A DNA stretch of 64,000 nucleotides from Octopus vulgaris (taxonomy: Eukaryota): the NCBI GenBank assembly GCA_951406725.2, contig OX597833.1:11594001-11658000 (forward strand), given 5' to 3'. A program made the translations under genes and the position numbers. Shown here piece by piece: positions 13,907-42,176 of this stretch. The notes below the pieces were generated by a model, which had not been told where the DNA came from, made no database searches, and saw nothing but the letters and a program-made list of their open reading frames with translations. The first letter of the stretch is position 1. Each line of letters starts with the position of its first letter.

Positions 13907-14074
13907 TGCGGTTTTCGGTCGTCCGTGCAGCCTGTTATTTCGTTTTGGTTTAATGATAAATCTGAAGTTGATGTAAGCTGGAGTTTATAAGTGTGAGCTT
14001 CTCGCTTTGGGATCGTAACTGAAAATTGTTGACGTGTGATTCTCAATCAATGATATTGTTCACCCTCCACAACC

Positions 14075-14175
14075 CAACCCCGCCGAAAATCTAATCGTAA
14101 ATTCAGGAACCAATCAGATTGATATTACAATAATTGTGGGTGTCACCTTTTAAATGACACCTTTTCTGATTGGAT
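14075..14175 (-). promoter_or_regulatory. Putative proximal promoter: GC-box-like CCCCGCC, two opposed CCAAT boxes, GGTGTCA...TGACACC inverted pair (also ~19650-19750, ~37878-37978)
   Basis: About 170-270 nt upstream of the ATG; CCAAT (14110) and ATTGG (14169) are kept at near-identical spacing in diverged paralog C (54539, 54596). Confidence 0.45.
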
Positions 14176-14293
14176 GGAGATGATCCACGATTAACACAGA
14201 ACAGTCAGCAGAATATGTACCGGATGCAGTTTATGTACATATATATAGGTGTGAGTGTGTGTGCATGTGTGTGTGTGTTTGTGTATGTGTCTC

Positions 14294-14392
<99 letters not shown>

Positions 14393-14421
14393 CTGTGTGT
14401 GTCTGTGTGTGTGTGTGTGTG

Positions 14422-15260
14422 TATCAGGTCATCCCATAAGTTCTGTCCGAATTTTCTGTTTTTTCAATCGAATGAAATTTAATATTTTAGAATATCTAAT
14501 GGAATTAAAAATGATATTTATGCATTTGTATATTAACTAAATAAATATTATTTTACAGAATAATAGAATTAAAATTTCTTTGGTTAAAACCCTTTCTAAC
14601 TTGGAAGTATCCAAAGTACATCTGAAGCACCAAATTCTTTATGAGTACAAAAAGAAAAGAAAACTCTGCAGACGAAGCGACTCGAAACATACACTCGGTT
14701 TATGGGAAAGAATGCTTGAATGAAAGAACTTGCAGAAGATGATTTGCAAAATTCAGAAGTGGAAATTTCAGCCTAGAAAATGATGATAGAACATGACGTC
14801 CAGGTGAGTTTAATGATAAGCCCCATGAGGCCTTACCTAAAGAAAATCCTGCATTATCAGTTGAAGAATTGGCAATAAAGCTTAGTTCAAGCCAGACAAC
14901 TGTTCATCGTCATCTTCAACAACTTGGAAAGGTTCCGAAAGTTGGAATATGGGTGCCTCATGAAGTGTCCTAAAGCAACCGCAAATGCCCAGTTGACAGC
15001 TGATCTTCTCTCTATTCTCGCGAACTCATTTCACCCTTTTTGGATAGACTTGTGACTGGTGACGAAAAATGGATCTTCTATCGAAATATTAAAGGTCGTA
15101 AGCAGTAGCTTGGTAAAGGGGTTTTTTTCTTCTTATGCAAAGATCACACCACAGAAGATCGAAGAGGTTGGTTGGGGAAAAATTCCTCATCCACCTTATT
15201 TTCCCGATATTCCTCCTTCAGATTACCATTTGTTTCGTAGTTTACAGAATCATTTGAATG
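14422..15260 (+). mobile_element. Mariner transposon remnant (internally deleted, 3' truncated)
   Basis: TA+TCAGGTCATCCCATAAG end; degenerate transposase with WVPHE, LVTGDEKWIFY and HPPYFPDIPPSDYHLFRSLQ motifs. Confidence 0.85.
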
Positions 15261-15331
15261 GATGGATGTATGGATGGATGTATGGATGTATGTATGTATG
15301 AAAGCATGTATGTATGTATGTATGTATGTAC

Positions 15332-15362
<31 letters not shown>

Positions 15363-15597
15363 TGTATGTATGTATGTATGTATGTATGTATGTATATGTG
15401 TATGTATGTATGGTGCATCAGCATGGACGCAGCTCAGAGCTGAATCCAGAGAGGAAAAAATACATCCATAAATAAATACACACACACACATATATGTGTG
15501 CGTGTGTGTGTGTGTTTGTGTGTGTGTGTGCGTCTATTTGTGTGTGTGTGTCTGCTTGTGTGTGTGTGTGTGTGTTTGTTTGTTTGTGAGTGTGTGC

Positions 15598-15673
<76 letters not shown>

Positions 15674-16251
15674 TTGTTTGTGTGTGTGTGTGTGTGCGCG
15701 TGTGTGTCTGTTTGTGTATGTGTCTGTGTGTTTATTTTGTGTGTGTGTGTATGCACATTTGAATATACACATGAAGCGATACATTTATATATATGTTCCT
15801 TTATGTATGCACACGAAAGCGGCAGACGTACATATATAAGGCCTTTCTACGTAAAATATTTCAGCAAGAAATGTCAATCTCTATCTTACAACATGGAACA
15901 CAATTCATTATTGACTTGTAAACTAACTTACATTTTTCTAATCCTATGTCTTTGCTACGTATAGTAATTGACAAATTCATTGCTTTCTATTTTGCAACAC
16001 TATCTATCGCACAACCTTTCTGGGGGCTTTTATAATTGTCATCTACAATACTGAATATTTCAAGATAATGATCAAATTCCGCGTAGTCGAGCCTTGTCTT
16101 TATCCTTTAAAGGTCCATGAATTCAGAACCTGTTCATCACTGGCCTGCAAGGAATCGAACTACAACTTCCTGACATTTATGACCCCGGGCCAAAATTTCG
16201 AGCAAAATATATAACGTGAATGAAACTTTCAAATCAATCGATCTTTCTTTG

Positions 16252-16291
<40 letters not shown>

Positions 16292-16475
16292 AAACTCTCA
16301 GTCAGTCTGTCTAGCTATCTACCAATATATCTATTTATCAAACGATCGATAGTTCTGTCTATCGATCTCTCTAAACACATTAAAAATCGTCCATCCACTA
16401 ATATGATAGTAGATATATACACCAGACGTAATTTTATATATAGTTGTGTATGTATGCGTATTTATGTATGTATAA

Positions 16476-16537
<62 letters not shown>

Positions 16538-16578
16538 ATATATATATATAGATATATATATTTATATATATATATATG

Positions 16579-16609
<31 letters not shown>

Positions 16610-17269
16610 GTATATATAAATATATATATATACATATATATATATATATTTATATATATATGCATATATATATATTATATATATATATACATATATATAA
16701 TATATTTATATATATATATATGTATATATTTATATATATATATATGTATATATGTCTATACCCTTATGTATATATGTATGTATATGTGTATATGACACGA
16801 CTACTTTACCTCAACCGGTCCAGCTCTCTTTTATATTATAGCAGAATACGTTAAAGCGGAAACAGATTCCATAAAATTCAAAATTTCTAAGGACAAATTT
16901 TCCCCCAAAAACTCTTCGACCAACCTCCAACACCCGGATATGTCTCCAGCATTGAAAAGTCTTATGACTGGGAATCAGATTCTAAACTGCTTCACCAGTT
17001 GGTGCTATTAAGTTATACATAGCCTGGACCTATACTGGCCGAAATATATAACAATTATGTGTGTATATGTTATATGTACACACATATAATTCCTAGCTAT
17101 CGTTCAGTCGGTCAGGGTTCGACTGCTGGCATGGGATCGATCTCTGTAGGTGCAGGCCTGGCTGCACGGTAAGAAGCCTCTGTTCTAAATGGAAGCTGAA
17201 AGAATGCGTTCATAGAGATATATACATGATTTTGATTTTGATTTTTCCAGTTTCAGCTAATATATATAT

Positions 17270-17812
17270 AACGCGTCTGTAGCTGCCGGTCAAGTAGTGT
17301 GGATCGACTGACCTCCCTTGTTCGAAGGTTATATGGATACAGTTTGTGTATCAAATAGCTAACTTAAGGCGATGGCCTCATGGAGCTAATAAGCGGACAG
17401 CTTTTTTCTTATTTTTATAAGAATGCCATATTAGTATGGCGATAACTATTATTTTCCGGGAACGCTGCCGTTGTTCTCTTTTAGAGAGACTTAGTAATTT
17501 TAATATTTCTATTATTGAAAACAAGTGAATGTATTCCACCGAAGCTAGGTAAATAAAACCTTCGAACAGAGATTGTCAGAAGCGACACCTACTGGTCTGG
17601 CTACGCAGCATTGAAAAGGGGCAATACCCCGAAACGCGTCTGTAGCTGCCGGTCAAGTAGTGTGGAGCGACTGACCTCCCTTGTTCGAAGGTTATATGGA
17701 TACAGTTTGTGTATCAAATAGCTAACTTAAGGCGATGGCCTCATGGAGCTAATAAGCGGACAGCTTTATCCTTATTTTTATAAGAATGCCATATTAGTAT
17801 GGCGATAACTAT

Positions 17813-17818
<6 letters not shown>
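17270..17818. repeat. ~186-bp direct repeat (17270-17455 / 17633-17818), pLTR-like, with a degenerate hammerhead at 17600-17646
   Basis: Both units begin aacgcgtctgtagc; the second is preceded by ttgaaaa-gggg caata cccc-GAAA-cgcg-TC-tgtagc. Confidence 0.8.
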
Positions 17819-17884
<66 letters not shown>

Positions 17885-18079
17885 CTATATATATGTATGT
17901 ATGTATGTGTATATATATATAAATTTATTCAATAAAAACAATTAAGATTCAAGTCAATTTTAATGAATTAACTTGAATGCGGTACTTAACTTAGATGCAC
18001 CAGAAAACTATATGGTGTTAACCATACAGTAATGTGGGGTGATTATAAACGAGAAATAAGCAACAAGAATGGATTAGTT

Positions 18080-18166
18080 TTTAGTACAATTGTTTCATAC
18101 AAAGACAGGCTTTATTAAAAGTTGCAAATATTACAGCAGATAAAAGTGTCCCGTACTCATCAGCTA

Positions 18167-18168
<2 letters not shown>
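18080..18168 (-). ncRNA. Type I hammerhead ribozyme motif
   Basis: Minus strand tttag-CTGATGA-gtac(...)gtat-GAAA-caattg-TA-ctaaa; palindromic helix III, GUA site. Confidence 0.75.
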
Positions 18169-18239
<71 letters not shown>

Positions 18240-18313
18240 CAATGTATCTATGTATCTATCTATGTATGTATTTATCTATCTATTTATCTATCCATCTAGC
18301 TATGTATCGATTT

Positions 18314-18411
<98 letters not shown>

Positions 18412-18504
18412 ATATATATATAGAGAGAGAGAAATCGATACATAGCTAGATGGATAGATAAATAGATAGATAAATACATACATAGATAGATACATAGATA
18501 CATT

Positions 18505-18579
<75 letters not shown>

Positions 18580-18954
18580 TGAGAGAGAGATTTCAAATTT
18601 ACAGAAAACAAAAGACTAGGACAAGTGCATTAAGTTCAACGCTCGGGTAGAATGGAAGAGGTTTTTGTCTTTCGACCGCACGCTTTTCGACAGAAAGGAT
18701 TAAGAGGATAAAAAGGATTAAGAGGATAAAAAGGGAGAGAGATTGAGAAGAACCGAAGAGAGAGAAGGGAATGTGTAGAGATGATATGTGTTTGTTTGTG
18801 TGTGTATGTGTATGTATGAACATATATGTACATAAATATATATATACATATAGAGATCTGTATATATATATATATATATATACACCGGAGTAAACACATA
18901 AATGTGAAACAAGGTGGAAAAAGAGTACTCAAATACCAGTGGTAGAGTAATATG

Positions 18955-19112
18955 CTTTATTTTAAGCAGCAAAAAATTCAACAAAATCTGTTACTGTGAG
19001 TTTCTCGTTGCCGTTCATCAGACAGTTTTTGCTAGCAAAAACTGTCTGATGAACGGCAACGAGAAACTCAGAGTAACAGATTTTGTTGAATTTTTTGCTG
19101 CTTAAAATAAAG
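18955..19112. repeat. 158-bp near-perfect palindrome without spacer, carrying two opposed hammerheads
   Basis: Symmetric about GCTAGC at 19031-19036; one mismatch seen (actgtgag vs ctcagagt). Confidence 0.9.
19042..19079 (+). ncRNA. Minimal type I hammerhead motif (mirror copy 18988-19025 on minus strand)
   Basis: ctgt-CTGATGA-acggcaacga-GAAA-ctcagag-TA-acag. Confidence 0.7.
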
Positions 19113-19144
<32 letters not shown>

Positions 19145-19152
19145 ACCCCCCA

Positions 19153-19224
<72 letters not shown>

Positions 19225-19345
19225 CATACATATATATACATGTGTCTATATATGTATGTATGTGCGTATGGATGGATGGATGGATGGATATACGTATACA
19301 TTTCTTGCATCTAAAATATAGAAACTTCAGGTGTCCTGTACTTAC

Positions 19346-19489
19346 TGCGGTTGATTTCTCTTCTATCTTTCTGGTCCTTGCATCGAAATGAAGAATCGTG
19401 ATGGTCAACACGAGAAACAGTCCAAAAGTTATGAAAGAAGTAACGGAAAACCGCTGCGAAATGATCCGCCCCACCTTAGCGATTTCCAT
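19346..19489 (-). CDS. Duplicated first exon 1b (no downstream exons of its own)
   Basis: [48 protein letters not shown]|gtaagt; lies in a segmental duplicate of intron 1 and promoter. Confidence 0.7.
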
Positions 19490-20631
19490 TGCTGTGGCCG
19501 TCGTCCGTGCAGCCTGTTATTTCGTTTTGGTTTAATGATAAATCTGAAGTTGGTGTAAGCTGGAGATTATAAGTGTGAGCTTTGGGATCGTAACTGAAAA
19601 TTGTTGACGTGTGATTCTCGCTTTATGATATTGTTCACCCCCCACAACCCAACCCCGCCGAAAATCTAATCGTAAATTCAGGAACCAATCAGATTGATAT
19701 TACAATAATTGTGGGTGTCACCTTTTAAATGACACCTTTTGTGATTGGATGGAGATGATCCACGATTATCACAGAACAGTCAGCAGAATATTTTACTGAC
19801 TTCAGCAAAAATTTGTAAACTGAAAACAAATGCCAATTTGTTGAAGAATTCTTATTTGTTTTTTTCTTAATGTTTACTTCTTTATTTTTGCGAAACTGCT
19901 GTAATATTCATGTAGGGGACTACATTGTCCGTTCAACATCTGTACAGACTATAACTGCAAAGCTTTATTTAATGCAGTCTAGTGTTTTTATTGGTTAGTT
20001 CATAACAAACATGATGTTAAAGATTATTCGATTTTATTTACACTGAATCTTATTAAAATATTTCTGCTGACGATAAATTTATGATAATCAAAATGTCTTT
20101 TCTGTGTGTGCGCGCGCGTGTGTCAGTGATAGCGTTTGTGTGTGTGTAGTATCATACAGTTGTAGAATTCATTAGAATGCATGCATTCCAGCATGCAGGA
20201 CGCCGAGAACGGCCGGGTGGGGGCTTCAGTATACATTTGTCATCGTCGGTATTCACTAGTATTTCAATTTCTAACCTGTAGCGAGTGACACAGCCTGAAA
20301 GGCTTGCAGGAAATCAGCAACAAACCAAATGGCAAACATCGTAGTAGGCAGGAGGCCGCCCTTTTTAACACCAGATTCAACTGCGATGGCTTTTACTAGC
20401 TTAACTTTGACGGTTCTGGGAATATTCGCCGTAAACACTTAAACTTCAGGAAAACTCGTCTCAGGAATTATCACCGTAGGAAACTTGGCCCAGAGATAAT
20501 TTCACCCTGTAGATAGTTTCGAAGATATGACAGGCAACCTAATTTAGAAAAATTGCAGCAATGAAAAAAATTGCTTATTTAAACATGTGTGTTTTTCATA
20601 AATCTGTTTTAGACTTAACTTTTTATGTTTC

Positions 20632-20880
20632 CGTAAAGTATAATCGCCATCTCAATATGGCTAACCACAAAGGGTGGGTGTTACTGTAGCTTTTAGCCCC
20701 AGGAGATCATCGTCTCCAGCTGGCTTTAGGCACACTATGACCTGCCTTTGCAAATACCATAAGGGCATAGATAGTGTGCCTAAAGCCAGCTGGAGACGAT
20801 GATCTCCGGGGGCTACAAGCTACAGTAACACCCACCCTTTGTGGTGGTTAGCCATATTGAGATGGCGATTATACTTTACG
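20632..20880. mobile_element. Fold-back palindromic element, copy 2
   Basis: cgtaaagtataatcgccatctc...gagatggcgattatactttacg; same core as 13230 and 60484. Confidence 0.8.
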
Positions 20881-22453
20881 TTGTCGATCGGTTACTCTTT
20901 ACATCTCGTTCACAGATTTTTATTGCTTGTTTTTGTTTTGTTCTTTGTAAATTTTATCATATTTATATTGAATTACTTTTATTTAAGCATAATTTTTTTT
21001 TTAATGAAAACATTATCATCTATTAGATTGCTTTATTTTGCCCCACCCCCAGTAGAATAGCCATGCTCTTCCCTGCACTCTTTATCTTTGCCCAAAAGTG
21101 CCCAGGAAGGAGGAAAGTTGCAGGTTTGTGGTGGATCGCTTTTGTGAGTCATTTGATTTTGTTCCAATCATTGATATATTTTGGTAAGGAAACAAAGCCT
21201 TGTATAAATGAATGGGTCTTTATTATTAAAAGCATTAACATGTCTTTTTTCAGGGTCAAACATTAGAAAGTAAACAAAAAGTTATAAATTTATTTCAAAA
21301 TATATGAAACTCTAAATGTTGACCGCGTATAAGTAAGGAAATACGTCGAGTGTTTAATAGTATTAAACAAATAAATAGACGGTTGTGCTCATCTAAACTA
21401 TCATATCGCAGAAATATTGATTGAAACAGGACGCACTCTGTGCTACTCGAACGTAGCTACGATTCTCAGTCCGAATTTTCCAAAAGGTTTATTGGGTTAA
21501 GCACACACACATGTATACCTTTAAAGTTGATTCTTATTATAAATGTCTAAATACATGCATTTTCTTAATGGCAAGCTTATGTCACTCAATTACTTGCATG
21601 AAAGACGTTGTGTCTCCCAAATATCCATTCTTCTTCTCTTTAATCTAAGGAATATTCTACACTAATACATAGTGATGTTTCTTATTGGATGTGGTGTAAC
21701 AGTCTCAACATATCACACAGTTTACACAGAGTAACTTTGCTTACCCTCATTATGTTTCTACGTCCTTTTGCTGTCTTTACTCTGCTTTCTATGTATGTGG
21801 TAAGTGTTGTAAAGCAAATCTTTGCTCCAATTTACCATTTTCTGCTTTTGAGTGAGAGAATTATTCGTATTCGATACTCGCTGGTGATTCCATTCCTGAT
21901 TGTTGTGCATCAGTGTTTAGGAAATGGTGCAAGGTGTGAGGGTTACGTGTTCCGGTTATGAGGATGTCAACTAATCTTGTGGCGGGGTCACGAGTTTGTA
22001 TAGATACAGATAAAAATAAAATAGGTGACGAGAGGATTACTACTTACATTCCTGTGAAAAATGATGGAACCATCTTATATTTCTATGATATTACTTCAAG
22101 TGGGGTTTATTGATATTTAAGACAGAACACAAAATACAGTTAAACGAAATACAATTTTATTTCCACATTTTAGTTTTATGAACTGATCCTTATACAATGT
22201 TTATCTAGAATTATTCACTCAGCTTTGCATTGTTCTATTAGCATAATTCTCACATTCTCTGGCGCCGATTTTCTCTCCATTATAATATTTTTCTGTTAAC
22301 TAGTAGCGTAGAGTATTCTAACGATTTATATAACTTCGATAAAATATTATCAAACAGAATTTAAAATGTCTATATTGTTTTATGGTATTATATTATGTCT
22401 TGTAATTGGTTAACATAAGTTTTCATAGAGAAGCAAATTCAATTATATTCCCT

Positions 22454-37708
<15,255 letters not shown>

Positions 37709-39073
37709 TGCGGTTTTCGGTCGTCCGTGAAGCCTGTTACTTCGTTTTGGTTTAATGATAAATCTGAAGTTGATGTAAGCTGGAGTTTATAAGTGTGAGC
37801 TTCTCGCTTTGGGATCGTAACTGAAAATTGTTAACGTCTGATTCCAGCTTTTTTATATTGTTAACCCTCCACAACCCAACCCCGCCGAAAATCTAATCGT
37901 AAATTCAGGAACCAATCAGATTGACATTACAATAATTGTGGGTGTCACCTTTTAAATGACACCTTTTGTGATTGGATGGAGATGATCCACGATTAACACA
38001 GAACAGTCAGCAGAATATTTTACTGACTTCAGCACAAATTTGTAAACTGAAAACAAATGCCTATTTGTTGGAGAATTCTTATTTATTTATTTCTTAATGT
38101 TTACTTCTTTATTTTCCCGAAACTGTTGTAATATTCATGTAGGGGACTACATTGTCGTTCAACATCTGTACAGACTGCAACTGCAAAGCTTTATTTAATG
38201 CAGTCTAGTGTTTTTATTGGTTAGTTCATAACAAACATGATGTTAAAGATTATTCGAATATATTTACACTTAATCTTCTTAAAATATTTCTGCTGACGAC
38301 AAATTTATGATTATCAAAATCTTCTATCTGTATGTGTTTGTATGCATGTGTGTGTGCGTTTGTGTGTGTGTATGTGTGTGCCTGCATGAGTGTGTTTGTG
38401 TTCGTGCGTGTGTGTGCGTGCGTGTATGTTTATGTGTGTGTGTGTGTGTGTGTTTAGTATCATATAATTCTAGAATCCGTTAGAAAGCAGGTATTCCAAC
38501 ATGTAGGACTCCGAGAACAGCCGGATGGGGGCCTCACTGTATATGAGTCGTCGTCGGTATTGACTTGTACCCGAATGACTAATCTGTAGCGAGCGACACT
38601 GACTGAAAGATGATTTTATTTCGAGTGGACCATATCCAGAGATTACAGCGCTCACGCACGTGGCCACCTCTCCTCAACAGTGGCACAATAGGGATTGGGG
38701 ATGAACAAGATTTGGTTAGGGTGGATGTAGCGTGTTACCGGGTACATCAGATATAATCAAGGTCTGCACGCCAGACCCAGCGCTACAGTGGTTTTATATC
38801 GAGGATTTCTTTTCCTAGACTAGGATCCTAGCTGGGGACCTAACATGTGCTACTACCCTGGGTCAGGTTACATCTGGGAACACCATTTGGTAAGAAGTGC
38901 TTCCACATCCTTCAAATCCCAGGAACTTTCGTACCATGTTTTCCCACTCCCGGATGCAGTTTATGTACATATATATAGGCGTGAGTGTGTGTGCATGTGT
39001 GTGTGTCAGTGTCTGTGTCTGTGTGTGTGTGTGTGTGTGTGTCTGTGTGTGTCTGTGTGTCTGTGTGTATGTG

Positions 39074-39125
<52 letters not shown>

Positions 39126-39126
<1 letters not shown>

Positions 39127-39418
39127 ATCAGGTCATCCGATAAGTTCTGTCCGATTTTACTGTTTTTAAAATTGAATGAAATTTAATAGTATTTGCAGAA
39201 TGTCTAATGGAATTAAAAAATATTTTTATGCATTTGTGTATTAACTAATTAAATATTATTTTACAGAATAATAGAATTAAAATTTCTTTGATTAAAACCC
39301 TTTCTAACTTGGAAGTATCCAAAGAACATTTAAGGCACATAATGCTTTATGAGTACAAAAAAATCTCTTCAGACGAAGCGACTCGAAACATACACTCGGT
39401 TTATGGGTAAGAATGCTT
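39126..39418 (+). mobile_element. 5' part of the same mariner insertion upstream of paralog B
   Basis: Homologous to 14422-14720, including the flanking cggatgcagtttatgtacat-(GT)n. Confidence 0.75.
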
Positions 39419-39539
39419 AATTAATAAAAATTTGCTCCATACCAATGTGGTCATTTGTTAAATATCACCTGAAAATGGCAAATTGTTTGCTTCATATCAT
39501 CGGAATAATCGAAGAATCCGTCAATAAATGACGCTATTG

Positions 39540-39584
<45 letters not shown>

Positions 39585-39875
39585 TGAATAAATAAATAAA
39601 TGAAGTTGAACGAACATGCTAACATAATTCTTTGTGTTGTCTTCGAAACATATGTCGAGAGTAAAGGAATTCATATATAGCACACAAATTTCTGCACATG
39701 AACCCGGAGTTTCTACCCTTGGATAGGTCGCTTCAACCGTGTTTCTAACGTGAATTTGCTACCCTGGTATCGGTTCACAGAATTTTCCATGTTGACGGTA
39801 AACATAGGATGATTCATTCACCTATCGAAATATATATATATATTTATATATATGCACAAACATACATATATGTAT

Positions 39876-40037
39876 GTGGCTGTGTGGAAAGTAGCTTGTT
39901 TACCAACCACATGGTTCTGGATTCAGTCCCACTGTGTGGCACCTTGGGCAAGTGTCTTCTACTATAGCCTCGGGCCGACCAATGCCTTGTGAGTGGATTT
40001 GGTAGACGGAAACTGATAGAAGCCCGTCGTATATATG

Positions 40038-40085
<48 letters not shown>

Positions 40086-40290
40086 TGTGTCTGTGTTTGT
40101 CCCCCTACCATTGCTTGTCAACCGATGCTGGTGTGTTTATGTCCCCGTTACTTAGCGGTTGGGCAAAAGAGACCGATAGAATAAGTACTGGGCTTACAAA
40201 GAATAAGTCCCGGGTTCGAGTTGCTCGACTAAAGGCGGTGCTCCAGCATGGCCGCAGTCAAATGACTGAAACAAGTAAAAGAGTAAAAGA
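39876..40290 (+). mobile_element. tRNA-derived SINE copy
   Basis: Collinear with 43172-43559. Confidence 0.8.
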
Positions 40291-40329
<39 letters not shown>

Positions 40330-40362
40330 CTTTATTTAAAGCAGCAGAAAATTCAACAAAAT

Positions 40363-40400
40363 CTGTTACTCTGAGTTTCTCGTTGCCGTTCATCAGACAG
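40363..40400 (-). ncRNA. Minimal type I hammerhead motif, same family as 19042
   Basis: Minus strand ctgtCTGATGAacggcaacgaGAAActcagagTAacag, identical to 19042-19079. Confidence 0.7.
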
Positions 40401-41759
40401 TTTTTGCTAGAATGGAACCGATATATCAATTCAATCTAGACTCTTACAAACGCTACACCTTTAAAAAAATGGACTTGTTTGATTGGCCCTTTAGAAAAAA
40501 CGGTCAATCTTCGAGCGATAAACAAAAAAAGCTCAAAAATATATGTATATATATATAAAAAATTATAAAAATTATAAAATTCGAGGAAAAAACCTTAAGA
40601 TTCAACTGATGCTGTTAGTATGAAAATCTCACCACGAAAAAATAGTTGCAATATATATATCCGAAAGAATATTTATACCAAGAGAAAAATATGCACAACA
40701 AGTGACTCAACTAATCTCTGCTCCGAGACTCAAATCTTGTATAGAACTCATTATCGTGTACTACATGAACTGGTAAAATAACTCTAAAGTAACTTCATTT
40801 AAACTCAAAATGTTGAGACTTCTCTCATGCTCTGTTGTATTTGCATAAACCTTATTTCTGTACTTCTGTCGCACACACGAACACACAGACACAAATATTA
40901 TAAGTATGCATTCATGACACAACACTACGCTAATAATAACAAATCACTTTGTACACTGAATAAAATCTATCTTCTCTTTATAAAAGTAGAACGGTTTTTG
41001 GAGTCCTTATTTCATATACTTTGGCATTGTTTATAAACATGTATTATGGCGTATATAATATTATATTATATTATGATATGTTATGTTGGTATGCGGCCGT
41101 GCGCTGACAAGAGGAGAAATATGTCACCGAAACACCTCACGTACGGTCGTATTCTAACAGATTCTTCAGAACAACCGTAAGTATTTTATGTGAATATGAA
41201 AATCGAACGCTAAAAATTCTCACCAATATATATGTACACACACACACAACTGTTTCTGTGTGCATGTATAAGTAAAGATTTTAAAATCTTTTTCAATGTT
41301 TCAGTCATTAAACTGCAGCCTTGACTAGTTTTTAGTGGAACTAATCCCCACTCAGAACTTATTTTCTTTTCACCCTGCTATTTGCCGTATCGGTTTACTT
41401 GTCCAGGCCCGTTAAGTTATATAATGTAAACGAGGGAGACTATATATATGGTTTTTCCTGTGCTTGTGCGTATATAGACGTATGTATGAACTTTTACAGT
41501 ACGCATGTGTGTGTGTATGAGTTTGTATATATATATGCGTATATATTTGGCGAAAAATGCGAGTGAAGATGTGTACGTTTTCATAGTGACGTATAAGTAC
41601 GCACGTGGGTCCGCGAGCGCACATGTGAGCATATGACTAGCCATGTTTAAGTGTTTTACTATGAAATTTTAATCTTATTTTATATAAGTAGCAGAATTAT
41701 AACACAGTAATTTCCCTTTATATAACAGTATTTTTCCATAGCGTTTTTTCAGATGGCCA

Positions 41760-41820
41760 GATAACCGAAGAGATGGTGTTGTGGATTTCCGCTCCGGCAT
41801 CTGAAACTCAGAGTTTTATC
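41760..41820 (+). ncRNA. Variant hammerhead-like motif (CCGAAGA core)
   Basis: gataa-CCGAAGA-gatg(...)catct-GAAA-ctcagag-TT-ttatc. Confidence 0.45.
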
Positions 41821-41869
41821 TTGACTACTGAGTAATTGTAACATATTATTTTATATATATATATATGTA

Positions 41870-42070
41870 GTTAATCCAAACATGAACAAAGAGAAAACAC
41901 TACAACGCGAGGAACAAGTAGTGTTATTGGACGCTCAGGAAAAGAAAGGAAAGAAAGAAGGAGGATTTAACGTTTCAAGCGGAGCTCTCCGTCAGAAAAA
42001 TGGAAAAGGGAAAGGTCCAAGGAAGGAAGACGGAGAAAGAAAATCGCCAACGATACACACGCGGTCACAT
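41870..42070. repeat. Dispersed ~200-bp repeat (second copy 53482-53684) with a decayed minus-strand hammerhead
   Basis: gttaatccaaac...caacgcgagga...ttattggacgctcagga...tacacacgcggtca shared; minus strand ttt-CTGACGG-agagctccgctt-GAAA-cg-TT-aaa. Confidence 0.7.
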
Positions 42071-42079
42071 ATATGTATG

Positions 42080-42157
<78 letters not shown>

Positions 42158-42176
42158 TGTGTGTATGTGTGTGTGT

